NCBI GenBank assembly: GCA_012862495.1
Contig: BLSG01000391.1
Coordinates: 355,760-419,759, forward strand
Origin: Thraustochytrium aureum
Taxonomy: Eukaryota
Length of the DNA: 64,000 bases
Direction of reading: 5' to 3'
Shown: positions 35,204 through 45,936 of the stretch, piece by piece
How positions within the stretch are numbered: position 1 is the stretch's first letter
Layout: every line of letters starts with the position of its first letter
The notes under the pieces: generated by a model
Database searches by the model: none
Told to the model about the DNA's origin: nothing
Seen by the model: the letters and a program-made list of their open reading frames with translations, nothing else
Program-made: the position numbers and the translations under genes

Positions 35204-35379
35204 TCTTGGCTTGAAGAAAGCACAACGTAGACGGCCCGACGCGATTCGTTCTTTTTCTTGTTCAATGAAAAGCTGGACTACGAGCACGACGCGAGACCCC
35301 GCGCGTCAAACTCGACCGTGTTGGAAACTTGCGACTCTCCCGCAGGAGGCCGCGCGCGCGATTTTGACGCTCGCTGGCT

Positions 35380-37051
35380 TTACACTGACTGGTGCGGAGT
35401 GTCCAGGTGCTCAGCAGCCCCACCGTCCGTTTCGAGATCAGTTGCGTCGACATCGTCCTCAGGGCCGTCCAGGCCATCGGTGCTGTCTTCGTCAAAGTCC
35501 CCCTCGACATTGCCACGGGCTGCCAGCTTCTCTTCGCGTCTCAAGCGCTCGTCTTCGTCAAACAGAGCGTTGATCCGCATTGCAATATTGTCGCTCCTAG
35601 ACCCAAGAACCGCTGCGAGGCCAGCCATGCCCGCCTCCTTGCTTGGCCCAACCGCGCCCGGAGCAGCGGTTTTCGCGGCCCTTCGTGCAGGCAGGCGGGT
35701 CGACGTTCGCCTTGCCATCCGCCTCGCGGACGCCGAGATGCCCCCGAGCACGCTCCCGATCGCGGTGCTTGCGCCAGAGGTAGAGCTGGCGCCGCTGCTC
35801 CCGCCTCCGGGACGATTCGCCTTCCCGTACAGCCGCGCGTTGAGAAAAGGGAGTGATGCCGACAAGGTCCGCGGTCGCGCCTTTCGCAAAGCCACGAACA
35901 CGACTGCCCCGAAGAGCATGGCTACGCCAAGCGCGGCACCAACTCCAGCGCCGATTGCGGCTGCTGAAAGCGGCTCCGAGCCCGCTGCGTCCGCTGAAGT
36001 CGATGACTTTGGGGTCTCGCTTGAACCGGCGTTCCCGTTCCCGTCATTGCTGCCACCGGCGTCGAGCCTCCACCACCGTTGTTCTCGCCGTCGCTGTCAG
36101 AGTCCGCGGATGGCGCCGGCGTCGTTGGACTCGCGACCGGGGCTTGGATTGGCTGAGCATTTGGGACTACCGGGGCTTTCGATGGCGTTGCAGAGGGTGC
36201 ACTTGTTGGGTTGGCGGACGGGGAGAGTGTGGGCGCCTTTGACGGAGCCGTCGTCGGCTGCATCGTTGGCCCTGCCGTTGGGGGGCTTGAATCCTGGGCA
36301 CCAAAGTGGACAGCCATAGCTGCGAGAGCGAGACGCGTGTGAACTCCGCGTCGAACGAAGTGTATGCGCAGCCCTCGCGAAGCTCGAGCAAGCCGAGCAG
36401 CACGTCCCCGGACGCCGTCCGTTTGTACAGTGACGATCCGGGGCGATCGCCGCGGCAGGTATATTTGCCGTTCTCAAGGTTTGAAGTGTTCATCCTTGCG
36501 CAGAGCGCTTTTGGAGAAGACCCCGCCCTGCATGCGGCGACGACCAGGTTGGCTGTGCGCATGCGTCCGACGCTGGTGAATGTTTTTGCGCCCGAACCAT
36601 CCCAGCCCCAGCCAGAGACGTCCACTGCAGAGTCTACTGCCTCGGCTGCGTGACCTTGACCTGGGAATTCAACGGGGGAAACATCATCGAATTCGTCGTC
36701 CTCGTCGAGCTCGAGTAGCGCGAGCGAGCCGCTTGGCTCCTGATGTGCGGCCTTCACAGGAGCCGCCTTCGATTTCTTGTTGAGGTTGAATTGTTCGCAG
36801 ACAACTTTCGGCAGCGACGACGACTTGCTGAGACAGGACGCGGTCGTGAGGACCCAGCGCTTGTCCAATAGTGCCCCGGCGCATTCGTGCTTGTCGTCAA
36901 ACACGATAGAACATATCCAAAGGGCATCAACGCGGTCATTCGGAGCTCCGCTCAGCAAGCTGCGGCGTGCGGCAGTTGACAGGACAGCCGCGACTGCCCA
37001 CGCCAGCAGCGCGATCGAAGCTGCCAGCCGCCTCGAGCTGCCGTGCCCCAT
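35380..37051 (-). CDS. Type I membrane trypsin-fold (S1) pseudo-protease with P/T/S stalk, TM helix and cytoplasmic tail; ORFs 36167..37051, 35922..36317 and 35380..35919 joined across frameshifts
   Basis: Signal peptide; HECAGALLDKRWVLTTASC, SLALLEL, VSGWG, TCRGDRPGSSL, FTRVS; PTxAPS repeats; TM AIGAGVGAALGVAMLFGAVVFVAL-RK. Confidence 0.75.
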
Positions 37052-38489
37052 GTCGGACGAGCCTCGTTTGCACTTTTTGTGCCGTGCCGCGGCGAAGCCA
37101 GCCTGCTCGCTGGCGCCGGCAGCGCGGTCTCCCAGCCGACCAGCCCTCGTGCGGTTCGCTAGCTAGCTAGCGCCTCCCCCGTGAGTTGCTTGGGCGCTGT
37201 CCCGCCGCGTCGCCAAGCCACGATTGAAGCGACCTGCTCCGGACGCGAATTGCATTCGAATTTCGCGGCACGACGCGCCGTGCGCTGGCACACCAATCGC
37301 GGTGAGGGTCTGTCTGTTGTTGAGTTTACAAGCAGCTGCAAGTGCAGAGTACCAGTTGTAGTTGAGCCTCTGCGCTCGCATCCCTCGCACGCGCCCGTCC
37401 GGCCTGCTCTTGATTGATCTTGATCAAACAAAAGTTGTGTTCTGCGTGGGCAGTGAGGACTCTACGTGCACTTTATTTTCACGCGCCCGACGCTTGCGCG
37501 CTCGTCAGCGCGCGAGCGAGACCGACCTTCTGCAACTCCTTCAAGTTGAAGCTCGCAGGTAGGTTGTAAACGTAGAGTGGAGTAGGTTGGTGTCCACGCC
37601 ACTTGGCAACTTGACAAGAAAGGAGTCAGTTCTTGTCTCGAGCGCGCGCAAAACAACGCAAACCTCGTTGAATTCCTTCGGCAATCTTCCCTCCACAATG
37701 CCGCGCATCGCTCGCGACCGGCCGAATCCGCCTGCCTGTGGACCTCGTGAGGACTCGCCCTGCCAGTGCGTTGGCCTGGTTTTTGGTGGTTTTTTTTTGT
37801 GTGCTCGAGTTGGCCAACACAAGCCAGCTCCGCGCCAGACTCTGTAGAACAAGACCAAGCCCATATTGTTGTATCTTTACGTGGTTTGAGCCTGGGTCTT
37901 GTACAAGATTGGCGCCATTCGAGTCTTGACAGGAGCGTCACGCCCTGGACATTACAATACTAAAATTCAGTAGTTTAATAGGTACAATACGGCGTATTTG
38001 GACTGGAAATTCAGGATTCAATCATACGGTTTTGCATTTAAAAACTGAACGTCAAGAGTTGTCAAGAGTGATCCGGTAAGGTGTGGAAGCGTGTGTGTAT
38101 CAATGGCGATGGTTGCTGGCTGGCTGGACTGACGCAGACCCGCTTTTGAGCGACCGCGCGGGCACGCAGCGCAGGTTCAGGCCGCGCTTGGATTGTGCAG
38201 CCTGCGCCCGTTTTGGTGCCGATCAAAGGCTTGCTCGTTGCGAGTCGAGGTCGCTGGTTTTCGCGCTCCTGCAAGGTGCTTGGTTTTCGTTCAAGGCAAC
38301 CCGCCGTCCGTCGCACGAACGCGGCCGCAAGCGCTGCGCTCGCAGGCGACGCGGTCGACTCGCTCGGCTCGCAGCTGGGCGCGGTCGCAATTGGCGCTTT
38401 GATTTATTTCTGACCGCACGTCGCCCGGCGGTTTGGCTTGGATTGGTTGCTTGCCTCTTCGGTTGCTCGCGCGACGCGGCGAGTGCAAG

Positions 38490-40559
38490 ATGCGCAACAA
38501 GCCGAGCACAAACGAGTTCTATCGGTCGGTGCTCGACAACGCGCTGCGGGAGCAATGGGTGATCCAGAAGCCGGATGCGCACAGGGCCAAGCAAGAGCGT
38601 ACCAAGCGGCTCAGCTCCCTGTACGGGTACAACATGTCAAGCTCGGTCATTCGGCAGCGCATGGGCAAAACCGGCGATATCGCCAAAGCCAAGCCCAAGG
38701 GTCGGGCCGGCCAAAGCCCGGGCTCAAAGGCGCGGTCGATGGGTCCATACTCGGGCGAGGCCGAGAGGCTGAACACGTCCCAGAGCGACGGCGCGCTTCT
38801 CGCGTCGTATCAGCCGAGCCTTGGCCTGCTCGACGGACGCGACGAGCTTGACGCTTTGCTTGATGCAAGTACCACCGCGGGTCTGGGCGGTCGCGAGAGC
38901 CTCGCGGGCGTCCCGCGCGAGAAGAGCGCTGTCGCGGGAACGGGCGATTCCGGACCCGCAAAACCGCACGATATGGCTGCTAGGCAGCACCGCGGCAAGC
39001 CGCTCAACCGCGTGCCAGAATCGCAGGGCCAGGCCGCCAGCACGACGCGGGGCTCATGCAAACCGGCGGGCTCAAGGCCTGACGCCGACGACCAGGCGCC
39101 GCCGTGGTATGCTGGATACCAAAACTCAGCTACAGTCCCAACTAGCTCTGCAATGGCGCAACGATACGGGTTCTCTGGCTCCGTGAAAATCGCTCGTTGC
39201 GAGAAGGGCCTCGATTCGCGGAGTGTAGACTACGGTATAACATCCCTGACGCTCCGCCACTCGCTGCCGCGCTTCCGCGGGGATGCCATGATTGTGGACG
39301 AGTACACGCCGGCCGTGGGCGGGCCCCCACGTAACTGGTCTCCAAAGACCGACTACGTGACAGGGAGCAACCTCAAGCCGGCCGAGCCAGACCCCGAGGT
39401 CCCAGATTGCATGCGCCACTACCTCCGGCGCATCGAGGACGAGATCCGACTGCTAAACAGAAACGTGATCAGCGAGCGCAGAAGCGCGGCTGCGGCTGCG
39501 GCTGCGTCTCGCCTCTCGGCGACCTCCGAGCGGGTCGACATTGACGCCTCCACGGGCCGGCCCCGAAATGAGCACAACAAGTTGATCAAGGAGGGCAAGA
39601 GAATGCGGTATTGGGGAGGGTCCACCGCGGTATGCGCGACTGACGACGACACACAGGCGCTCGACGAGGCCCTCGCAAGAGAGCGGGAGAATGCGCAGCG
39701 CATGCACGAGCTCAAATGGTCCGAGTCGTACTACTTGTACAAGCTCTTACGAAGCATGTCGATGCAGCTCAAGCCCGGGCTCGAGGAGTTTCGCGCCCTG
39801 TACAACGAACTCAAGGGCTCAACGGGGCCCGTCTCGACGCTGGCGCCGCGGCACTTGCCAGACTCTGACAGCCCGAGAGGCGAAGACGGCGCTAGCCCGC
39901 GAGACGGAGAGGATTCTAGCCAGTCTTCAAAGGGCACGTCTGTTTCGAGCTCCGAAGACGGAGACAGGAGCGGGATTTCCGCGGACTCGAGCACGATGTC
40001 GCGGGAGGTCTTTGTCAACGTAATGTGCGGCCATTTCGAGCATGCGGACCGCCGCCGTATGAACAAGCTTTATTCGGGCTTCGACCCGTTCCGTGTTGAC
40101 CAGGTAGACTATCGGTTGGTCATGGTCGCCCAAAGATGCTTTTGGCGCTCGAACGAGAGCGCGATTCAAAAGCTGCTGGCGGCTGTGCGAGTTATGGACA
40201 TGCACCGCGGCACCGGCGTGCTCGGCGCTCGCGAGGTTGAAGAGATGCTCACTGTTTGCTGCGTCTTTGACGAGGAGCGCGACAGGATGCAAGCGCTATT
40301 CAAAGAAGCGGCGCCGTTTTTTTCCTCGCACACGGTGCTCAGCGAGCCGGGGTTCATACATATCGAAGAGTTTGAGCGCATGCTGGCCATGTTTGGCAGC
40401 GCGGCAGACCATCCTATTGTGGACGAGTTTGGCAGGCAGCTGCAACAGCGCCTTCAGCTATTTCTGATTGCCGGGTCTGACGGCCCTGGGTCGCCGGCAC
40501 TGGGGAGCGCGCCAACCAAGGAGCCTGGCTCGCCCAGTTCGCCGAGCGGGTTTCTCTGA
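38490..40559 (+). CDS. Protein with disordered N-terminus and C-terminal degenerate EF-hand-like domain
   Basis: About 690-aa open frame; KLYSGFDPFRVDQVDYRLV, VMDMHRGTGVLGAREVEEML, GFIHIEEFERML. Confidence 0.65.
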   Translation: MRNKPSTNEFYRSVLDNALREQWVIQKPDAHRAKQERTKRLSSLYGYNMSSSVIRQRMGKTGDIAKAKPKGRAGQSPGSKARSMGPYSGEAERLNTSQSDGALLASYQPSLGLLDGRDELDALLDASTTAGLGGRESLAGVPREKSAVAGTGDSGPAKPHDMAARQHRGKPLNRVPESQGQAASTTRGSCKPAGSRPDADDQAPPWYAGYQNSATVPTSSAMAQRYGFSGSVKIARCEKGLDSRSVDYGITSLTLRHSLPRFRGDAMIVDEYTPAVGGPPRNWSPKTDYVTGSNLKPAEPDPEVPDCMRHYLRRIEDEIRLLNRNVISERRSAAAAAAASRLSATSERVDIDASTGRPRNEHNKLIKEGKRMRYWGGSTAVCATDDDTQALDEALARERENAQRMHELKWSESYYLYKLLRSMSMQLKPGLEEFRALYNELKGSTGPVSTLAPRHLPDSDSPRGEDGASPRDGEDSSQSSKGTSVSSSEDGDRSGISADSSTMSREVFVNVMCGHFEHADRRRMNKLYSGFDPFRVDQVDYRLVMVAQRCFWRSNESAIQKLLAAVRVMDMHRGTGVLGAREVEEMLTVCCVFDEERDRMQALFKEAAPFFSSHTVLSEPGFIHIEEFERMLAMFGSAADHPIVDEFGRQLQQRLQLFLIAGSDGPGSPALGSAPTKEPGSPSSPSGFL

Positions 40560-40780
40560 CAGCAGTTTTTGTTCTCCGTCTGGCGGACTCCTTGCCAAGT
40601 CGATGTTTTTTTGGTTAGAATTGGCACGAAGCAGTGGGTCCTCTTCTTTGATTAATCAAAATGTGTTTCCAGCCAGCCCATGCCGTTCGCGGTCCGCGAA
40701 GGAGAGCAACGCTCCACCGCCCTTGTCCATCGGGTGCAGACCGGGGCGTGGGCCGTCAGGGCAAGTACATCGTTTGCTTA

Positions 40781-42195
40781 CTAATTCACGACCAGAGAAA
40801 GGCGCCTTTGCGAAGAGAGGTTGATCCCCGCGCTCATGGTCACTGCCGAGGGCGGGCCCGGGGTACCAGAGTCTTTCGTGGCATGCCCCTGAAGCGACGA
40901 GAGGGAAGACCTCAGCTCTTCAACAGACAGCCGTTCGGCGCTTCCGCGAGAAGCAGCAGGCGTGGCTACCGGTGCCTGAGAAGGTGGAGTGGGGCCGTCG
41001 GCCTTGCTGAGCCGACGAGAAGAGCGGCGAGATTGACCGAAACGCATCGACCCGCCGCCCATTCGGCGAACGAGATGCTCAAACTCTTCGGCGGTCGCGT
41101 TGCGCAAGAGGACGAGGGCGTTGTTGGCGACCAAAAGATCCGCGGCGAAAAAGATGGTTGATGCGACAATGACGAGCGCCTGAACTAGCCGTAGAACGCC
41201 TGCGTCAGCCTGGTTCGTGTCGCCCCGGTCCACAATGACAAACACCCACCGCCGGCCAGGGAGGTGGGTGACTCGAACCTCACCCAACACAATACCGTAA
41301 GCCCCGGTGGTGGCTTTGGAGTAGGTCGCAGACTCGAATGGAACGAGTCGAGAGTCCTCGCCAGGCGCGTCTACAGCGCTTGCTATGCCGGCCAAAAAGA
41401 CCGGTTCCTCGTCAGGCTCGTCGCCGTCGAAAACGTCAGGACCGTCGAAAAGGAGCATGGCTAGGCCCGTCATTGCGTTAATGGGGTCCACGTCCATATT
41501 CTCCGTCGCGTTTGCTACGGTTCGCAGTCCGTTCATTGCGCTGTCGGCGAGCGACGAGGTCCGAAACATTACCGCAACGAGATCGCCGGGGTTCGCCGGA
41601 ACAGGGACGAGGCAAATGACCCCGGGCGTCTCGACTCCGGTCTGCGGCAAGATTAGTAGACCTGTGCAGGCGGCCTTGCCTTCTAGCGCGACGCGGCGCA
41701 CTGTCGCGTTCACCTCGGGCAGCGAAGCCAAGTTGAACATGATTAGCTGGGCATTCTCGCGAGCTGGCTCCACGTGCTTGACGACGTAGTACTCGCGGCG
41801 CTGGATCGCTTCCCAAAAGAGCCCCGCGACGTCGAGTTCCCGGATCACATACGACGTTCCGGGCGTCCCAAGCTCGCCGCGAAAATACTCTGTCGCGTTG
41901 GCCTCGGCTGCCGCCCGATCGGCTGCTTGCACGTGTGAGACCCACGCGAATCCGAGCACGTCGGGCCTGCCACGGCTGCCACCGCTGCTGCCGCTAAGCC
42001 ACGGCCTGACCATACCTGACCATGCCTGCCGTGCGCCTGGCCACGGTGTGCTCACTGCTGCAAGCGCTTCAGCGAAGCCGAGGTGTGGCAGAGCCAGCTG
42101 CTGCGTGGAAGCCACAGTTGACAGGGCGAACTCTTGCAAGACCGTCCGCCGCCACGCGGTGGTGACGGCTTGAAACGCTTGGATGAACAAGAGCG
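40781..42195 (-). CDS. CHASE-domain membrane protein; 5' part in gap
   Basis: GFAWVSHV…RAAAEA…YVIREL…RREYYVVKHVEP…ENAQLIMFNLAS…GLLILPQ…GVICLVPV; GRRWVFVI followed by a TM helix. Confidence 0.75.
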
Positions 42196-43194
42196 NNNNN
42201 NNNNNNNNNNNNNNNNNNNNNNNNNNNNNNNNNNNNNNNNNNNNNNNNNNNNNNNNNNNNNNNNNNNNNNNNNNNNNNNNNNNNNNNNNNNNNNNNNNNN
42301 NNNNNNNNNNNNNNNNNNNNNNNNNNNNNNNNNNNNNNNNNNNNNNNNNNNNNNNNNNNNNNNNNNNNNNNNNNNNNNNNNNNNNNNNNNNNNNNNNNNN
42401 NNNNNNNNNNNNNNNNNNNNNNNNNNNNNNNNNNNNNNNNNNNNNNNNNNNNNNNNNNNNNNNNNNNNNNNNNNNNNNNNNNNNNNNNNNNNNNNNNNNN
42501 NNNNNNNNNNNNNNNNNNNNNNNNNNNNNNNNNNNNNNNNNNNNNNNNNNNNNNNNNNNNNNNNNNNNNNNCGTCCGCGTCAAACTGGCTGCCACAGCCG
42601 GCCCGCTCGGCTCGCGCGCTAGAGGATTGGTGCCTGCAATTCTACATGCTGCTATTGCCTGCTGCCGCTCGACTCACTCAATAGATTGAACTATCGGTTG
42701 GCCGCCCTCGCGCTCTCGGTGCGTTGGAATGTCAACCGCTCTACAGAATGCTTTTTTTTTCCGGGTGCCGAAGCATCGCCAGAGGGCAGCTGGAGCCCGT
42801 CAGCCGTCTCGGGGCGTTTGCACAGTGTCGCCCCCTACTGTGGCTGCTGTGCATCGATGTTGCGCTGCGTTTTGCACTGGACTTTCTCACTGTCGCAACG
42901 GCTCTGTTGAACAGACTCGCGCGCGGCTACCGCTCAGGAGACGAAGCGCTTTCAACACGCCGGAGGGTTGATGGACGTGGATTGAAAGCGCGCCGGCGCG
43001 AGGCGTTCGTCCCCGTTGATGGTTTCCGAGCGGTCTGCGGTCCGTGCGCAGCTTGAGTTCAACTTGTTCCTGGCGAGAATTGCACCAAAATTTGAAGCCT
43101 GAAGTGGTTGGCGTCTGGGCGTGAATTCTGCAAAAGCAGCGAACACAGCGATCAACGCCATTGCGCACGGCAAGCCAATCCGCACCAACCACGA

Positions 43195-43830
43195 GCACGG
43201 TCATCTCCCGCGAGCCCCAACGCCGATCATCCAGCGGCAACGAGCAAAACAAACCAACGCAAAACCACGCGAACACCAGGATCAACGACAAAACAAAACG
43301 CGCAAGAGCCCAATCGAACGCCACGACCAACGCCAAGCCACCCACCGAGGCGCCACAGCCCGGCGCGCCCGGAGACACGACCACCACTTGGCCCACGACC
43401 ATCACTTGCGAGTAGGCAGCCCCATCCATCGAAAGCGAACACCAGGATCAACGACAAAACAAAGCACGCAAGAGCCCAATCAAACGCCACGACCAACGCG
43501 CCAAGCGACCCACCCAGACGCGCCAACCCGGCGCGCCACGCCCACGACCATCACTTGGCCCACAACCACCACTTGCGAGTAGGCAGCCCCATCCATCGAA
43601 AGCGAACACCAGGATCAACGACAAAACAAAGCACGCAAGAGCCCAATCGAACGCCACAACCAACGCCAAGCGACCCACCCAGACGCGCCAACCCGGCGCG
43701 CCACGCCCACGACCACCACTTGGCCCACGACCACCACTTGGCCCACGACCACCACCTGCAAGTACTTCGCCCTATCCACAGCAAGCGAACAGCAGGATCA
43801 ACGGCCAAAACCCAGCAGCGCGTCCAGGAC
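43195..43830. repeat. Tandem minisatellite of about 167 bp (about 3.5 copies) with nested 18-bp cccacgaccaccacttgg subrepeats
   Basis: gaacaccaggatcaacgacaaaacaaa at about 43271, 43437 and 43604, with a diverged copy at about 43787. Confidence 0.9.
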
Positions 43831-44212
43831 ATCACCGTCGCGCCAAACACTCGACAGAGTTCTCTCGAGAGCACCACTGGCGGCGCCGTCGCAGGCGCTC
43901 GAGCACAGACGCGCAGGCGTCGGGGGCGGCCAGCCGGGCAGCCAGGCAGCCAGGCAGGCTACTCGCACGCGGGTGCTGCGCAAGTGGATCTGGTCAGGAA
44001 AGCCCACGGAAGATGGCGCCTGGGTCGGCGCGGCGCGAGCTTGCTGCGGGCGGCTCAGGCCGGCGCGGAGCGTGCCTCGGCGTAGGCCTGGCGCGGATGC
44101 CGATGTTGGTGCCGATGTCGATGAGGATGCGCGCGACGATGATGCCTGGGCGAAGGAGCTCGTGGAGGCTGCTGAGGACGACGAGGCCGAAGTGCTGCTC
44201 GAAGGGCCTCCG

Positions 44213-45646
44213 ATGTCGGAGGCTGGGGATGTGGCGAGGCAGGGGAAGAAGAGGCTGCCGCTGGTGATGGTGCTCGTGCTTGCCGTGGTGCTCGTGCTTG
44301 GTGGCAAGCTGATGGTCGGCAGCGGCGAGAGTGCGAAGGGGACCGCGAAGGCTTCTGAAGCGGAGGTCGACCGCGGCCAACTGAAACCCGTCGAGGCCGG
44401 CGACGCCATCGATACGCAACCGACGCTCGAGGAGGAGGACGAACCCGCCTTTTCCGGGCGGCGAGACGGGGCACAGTGGGCCCTTGAGCCAGGGAAGGGC
44501 GTCGACGTGGGAATGCTCAACCAGTGCCTCGAAAAGTCAGTTCGTGCGTTTGGATACAACGAGACTGGCCTGAGCAAGGCCTTTCCAGGGGTACCGCTCT
44601 GGTCCAGTTCTTGGGACAACCAGGGCGCCCTGTGGCGAGCTGGAAGGATGCAGACGTCTGGGACCTGGGCGATCTCCAAGAGCAAAAGCCTGGCATACCT
44701 GTGGATGCTGAAAGCCGGATCCATGTCATTCCGCGAGGTCCTGGCCGCGTGTGACCAAGCAAACGGAGTGCCCTGTGATATTCTGAATCGAAAGGATCGA
44801 CCGTGGACCCCAGTGGACGCGGGCCCAAAGTTTGCGCCGGGGTCCGGGTTTTACAACAACGCCTGGATCCCAAACAGGACCACTGCTCAGGTGGAAGCGG
44901 GCGAGTTTGTTGACTTGAAGTTTGATTTCGCGGAGGCCTACACGGCGTCGCTTCCGTTTACGTTTGTAACAGACCCGATCGGCAAGTTTATTGGGGCCTT
45001 CATGCAGGTCCATCCGTACCGATGGGACCGCTCTCCTGAAGTCGACCGCAAGTACCGTCGCACTTTCATATCGACCGCCCAACGCCTTACAGCTATGTCG
45101 CGCGAGCGCCACCCAGAGAACCTCCACTTTGCTCCGCAGATGTACACGCTGATCCGCTCAGCCTTTGAGGCGAGCCAGATCCAGGGCCAGACGAAGCGCC
45201 GGGGGTTTGCTGCCCCGCTCGAGTTTGTGGGTCGCCTCGACCGCGTCAACGCGCAGGCGGACTGGAACTCGATCCTCGACATGTTGACGAAGCGCTCGCC
45301 AAAGGCAGCGAAGCAAGTGAGCCGCGCTCTCCCGCACGAGAATTCGCAGGGCAAGGTGATGACGGAGGCGGAGCTGGCAGAGCTGCGCAAGCACGGCTTG
45401 GCGGAGGGTAAGGCCACGCTCGCACGCGAAGCTAGGTGGGCCAGCTATCACGCCAAAGGCCGCGCTGCCCTCGAAAGGTTTGGCCGCAGCGAGTCTATGC
45501 CCTTGTCAATGGCGCGGCGGTTCTGCGCGTTTTTCTTTGTAGAGTACACTTGCTTGGGCCATGCCTTTCCCGCGCAGTGCACGGACAAGGACGGCGGTTT
45601 CAATGTGGACGAGTTCCCTCTGCATGTCACGAGCTCGTTTGAGTGA
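44213..45646 (+). CDS. Type II membrane sulfotransferase (Sulfotransfer_2-like); start may lie further upstream
   Basis: TM KKRLPLVMVLVLAVVLVLGG; 5'-PSB YLWMLKAGSMSFR; 3'-PB-like FTFVTDPIGKFIGAF; HFAPQ; EFVGRLD. Confidence 0.75.
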   Translation: MSEAGDVARQGKKRLPLVMVLVLAVVLVLGGKLMVGSGESAKGTAKASEAEVDRGQLKPVEAGDAIDTQPTLEEEDEPAFSGRRDGAQWALEPGKGVDVGMLNQCLEKSVRAFGYNETGLSKAFPGVPLWSSSWDNQGALWRAGRMQTSGTWAISKSKSLAYLWMLKAGSMSFREVLAACDQANGVPCDILNRKDRPWTPVDAGPKFAPGSGFYNNAWIPNRTTAQVEAGEFVDLKFDFAEAYTASLPFTFVTDPIGKFIGAFMQVHPYRWDRSPEVDRKYRRTFISTAQRLTAMSRERHPENLHFAPQMYTLIRSAFEASQIQGQTKRRGFAAPLEFVGRLDRVNAQADWNSILDMLTKRSPKAAKQVSRALPHENSQGKVMTEAELAELRKHGLAEGKATLAREARWASYHAKGRAALERFGRSESMPLSMARRFCAFFFVEYTCLGHAFPAQCTDKDGGFNVDEFPLHVTSSFE

Positions 45647-45936
45647 CCGCGCGCGCCCTCGCGGGTCCTGGTTTATTGGCCCGGTAGCCGTTTCGCGACC
45701 GCAGGAGCACTGCGAGCGTGGCAACTTGAAGGGAAGCGTTTTGAGGTTGGGATGACGAACGAATTGAATGTTGGGTCTATGTGATCATGGTTGTAATTGT
45801 TGTGCGGCCTTGGCCGGCAGGCAATGCATCCAATAGAGCAAGAGTGCAGGGCCAGCCAGCACGGCGCAAGCCCGTCTAGCAAACAAGCGCGGGGCGCGGC
45901 GCGGCCCGCAAGTCTCGAACGGGGCCGGCGTTTCAG

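Noticed and set aside
43195..43830. CRISPR array, or coding ORFs such as 43108..44085 and 42887..43429
   Set aside because: The whole unit is repeated with no unique spacers, and the unit lengths of about 166-167 bp shift frame between copies
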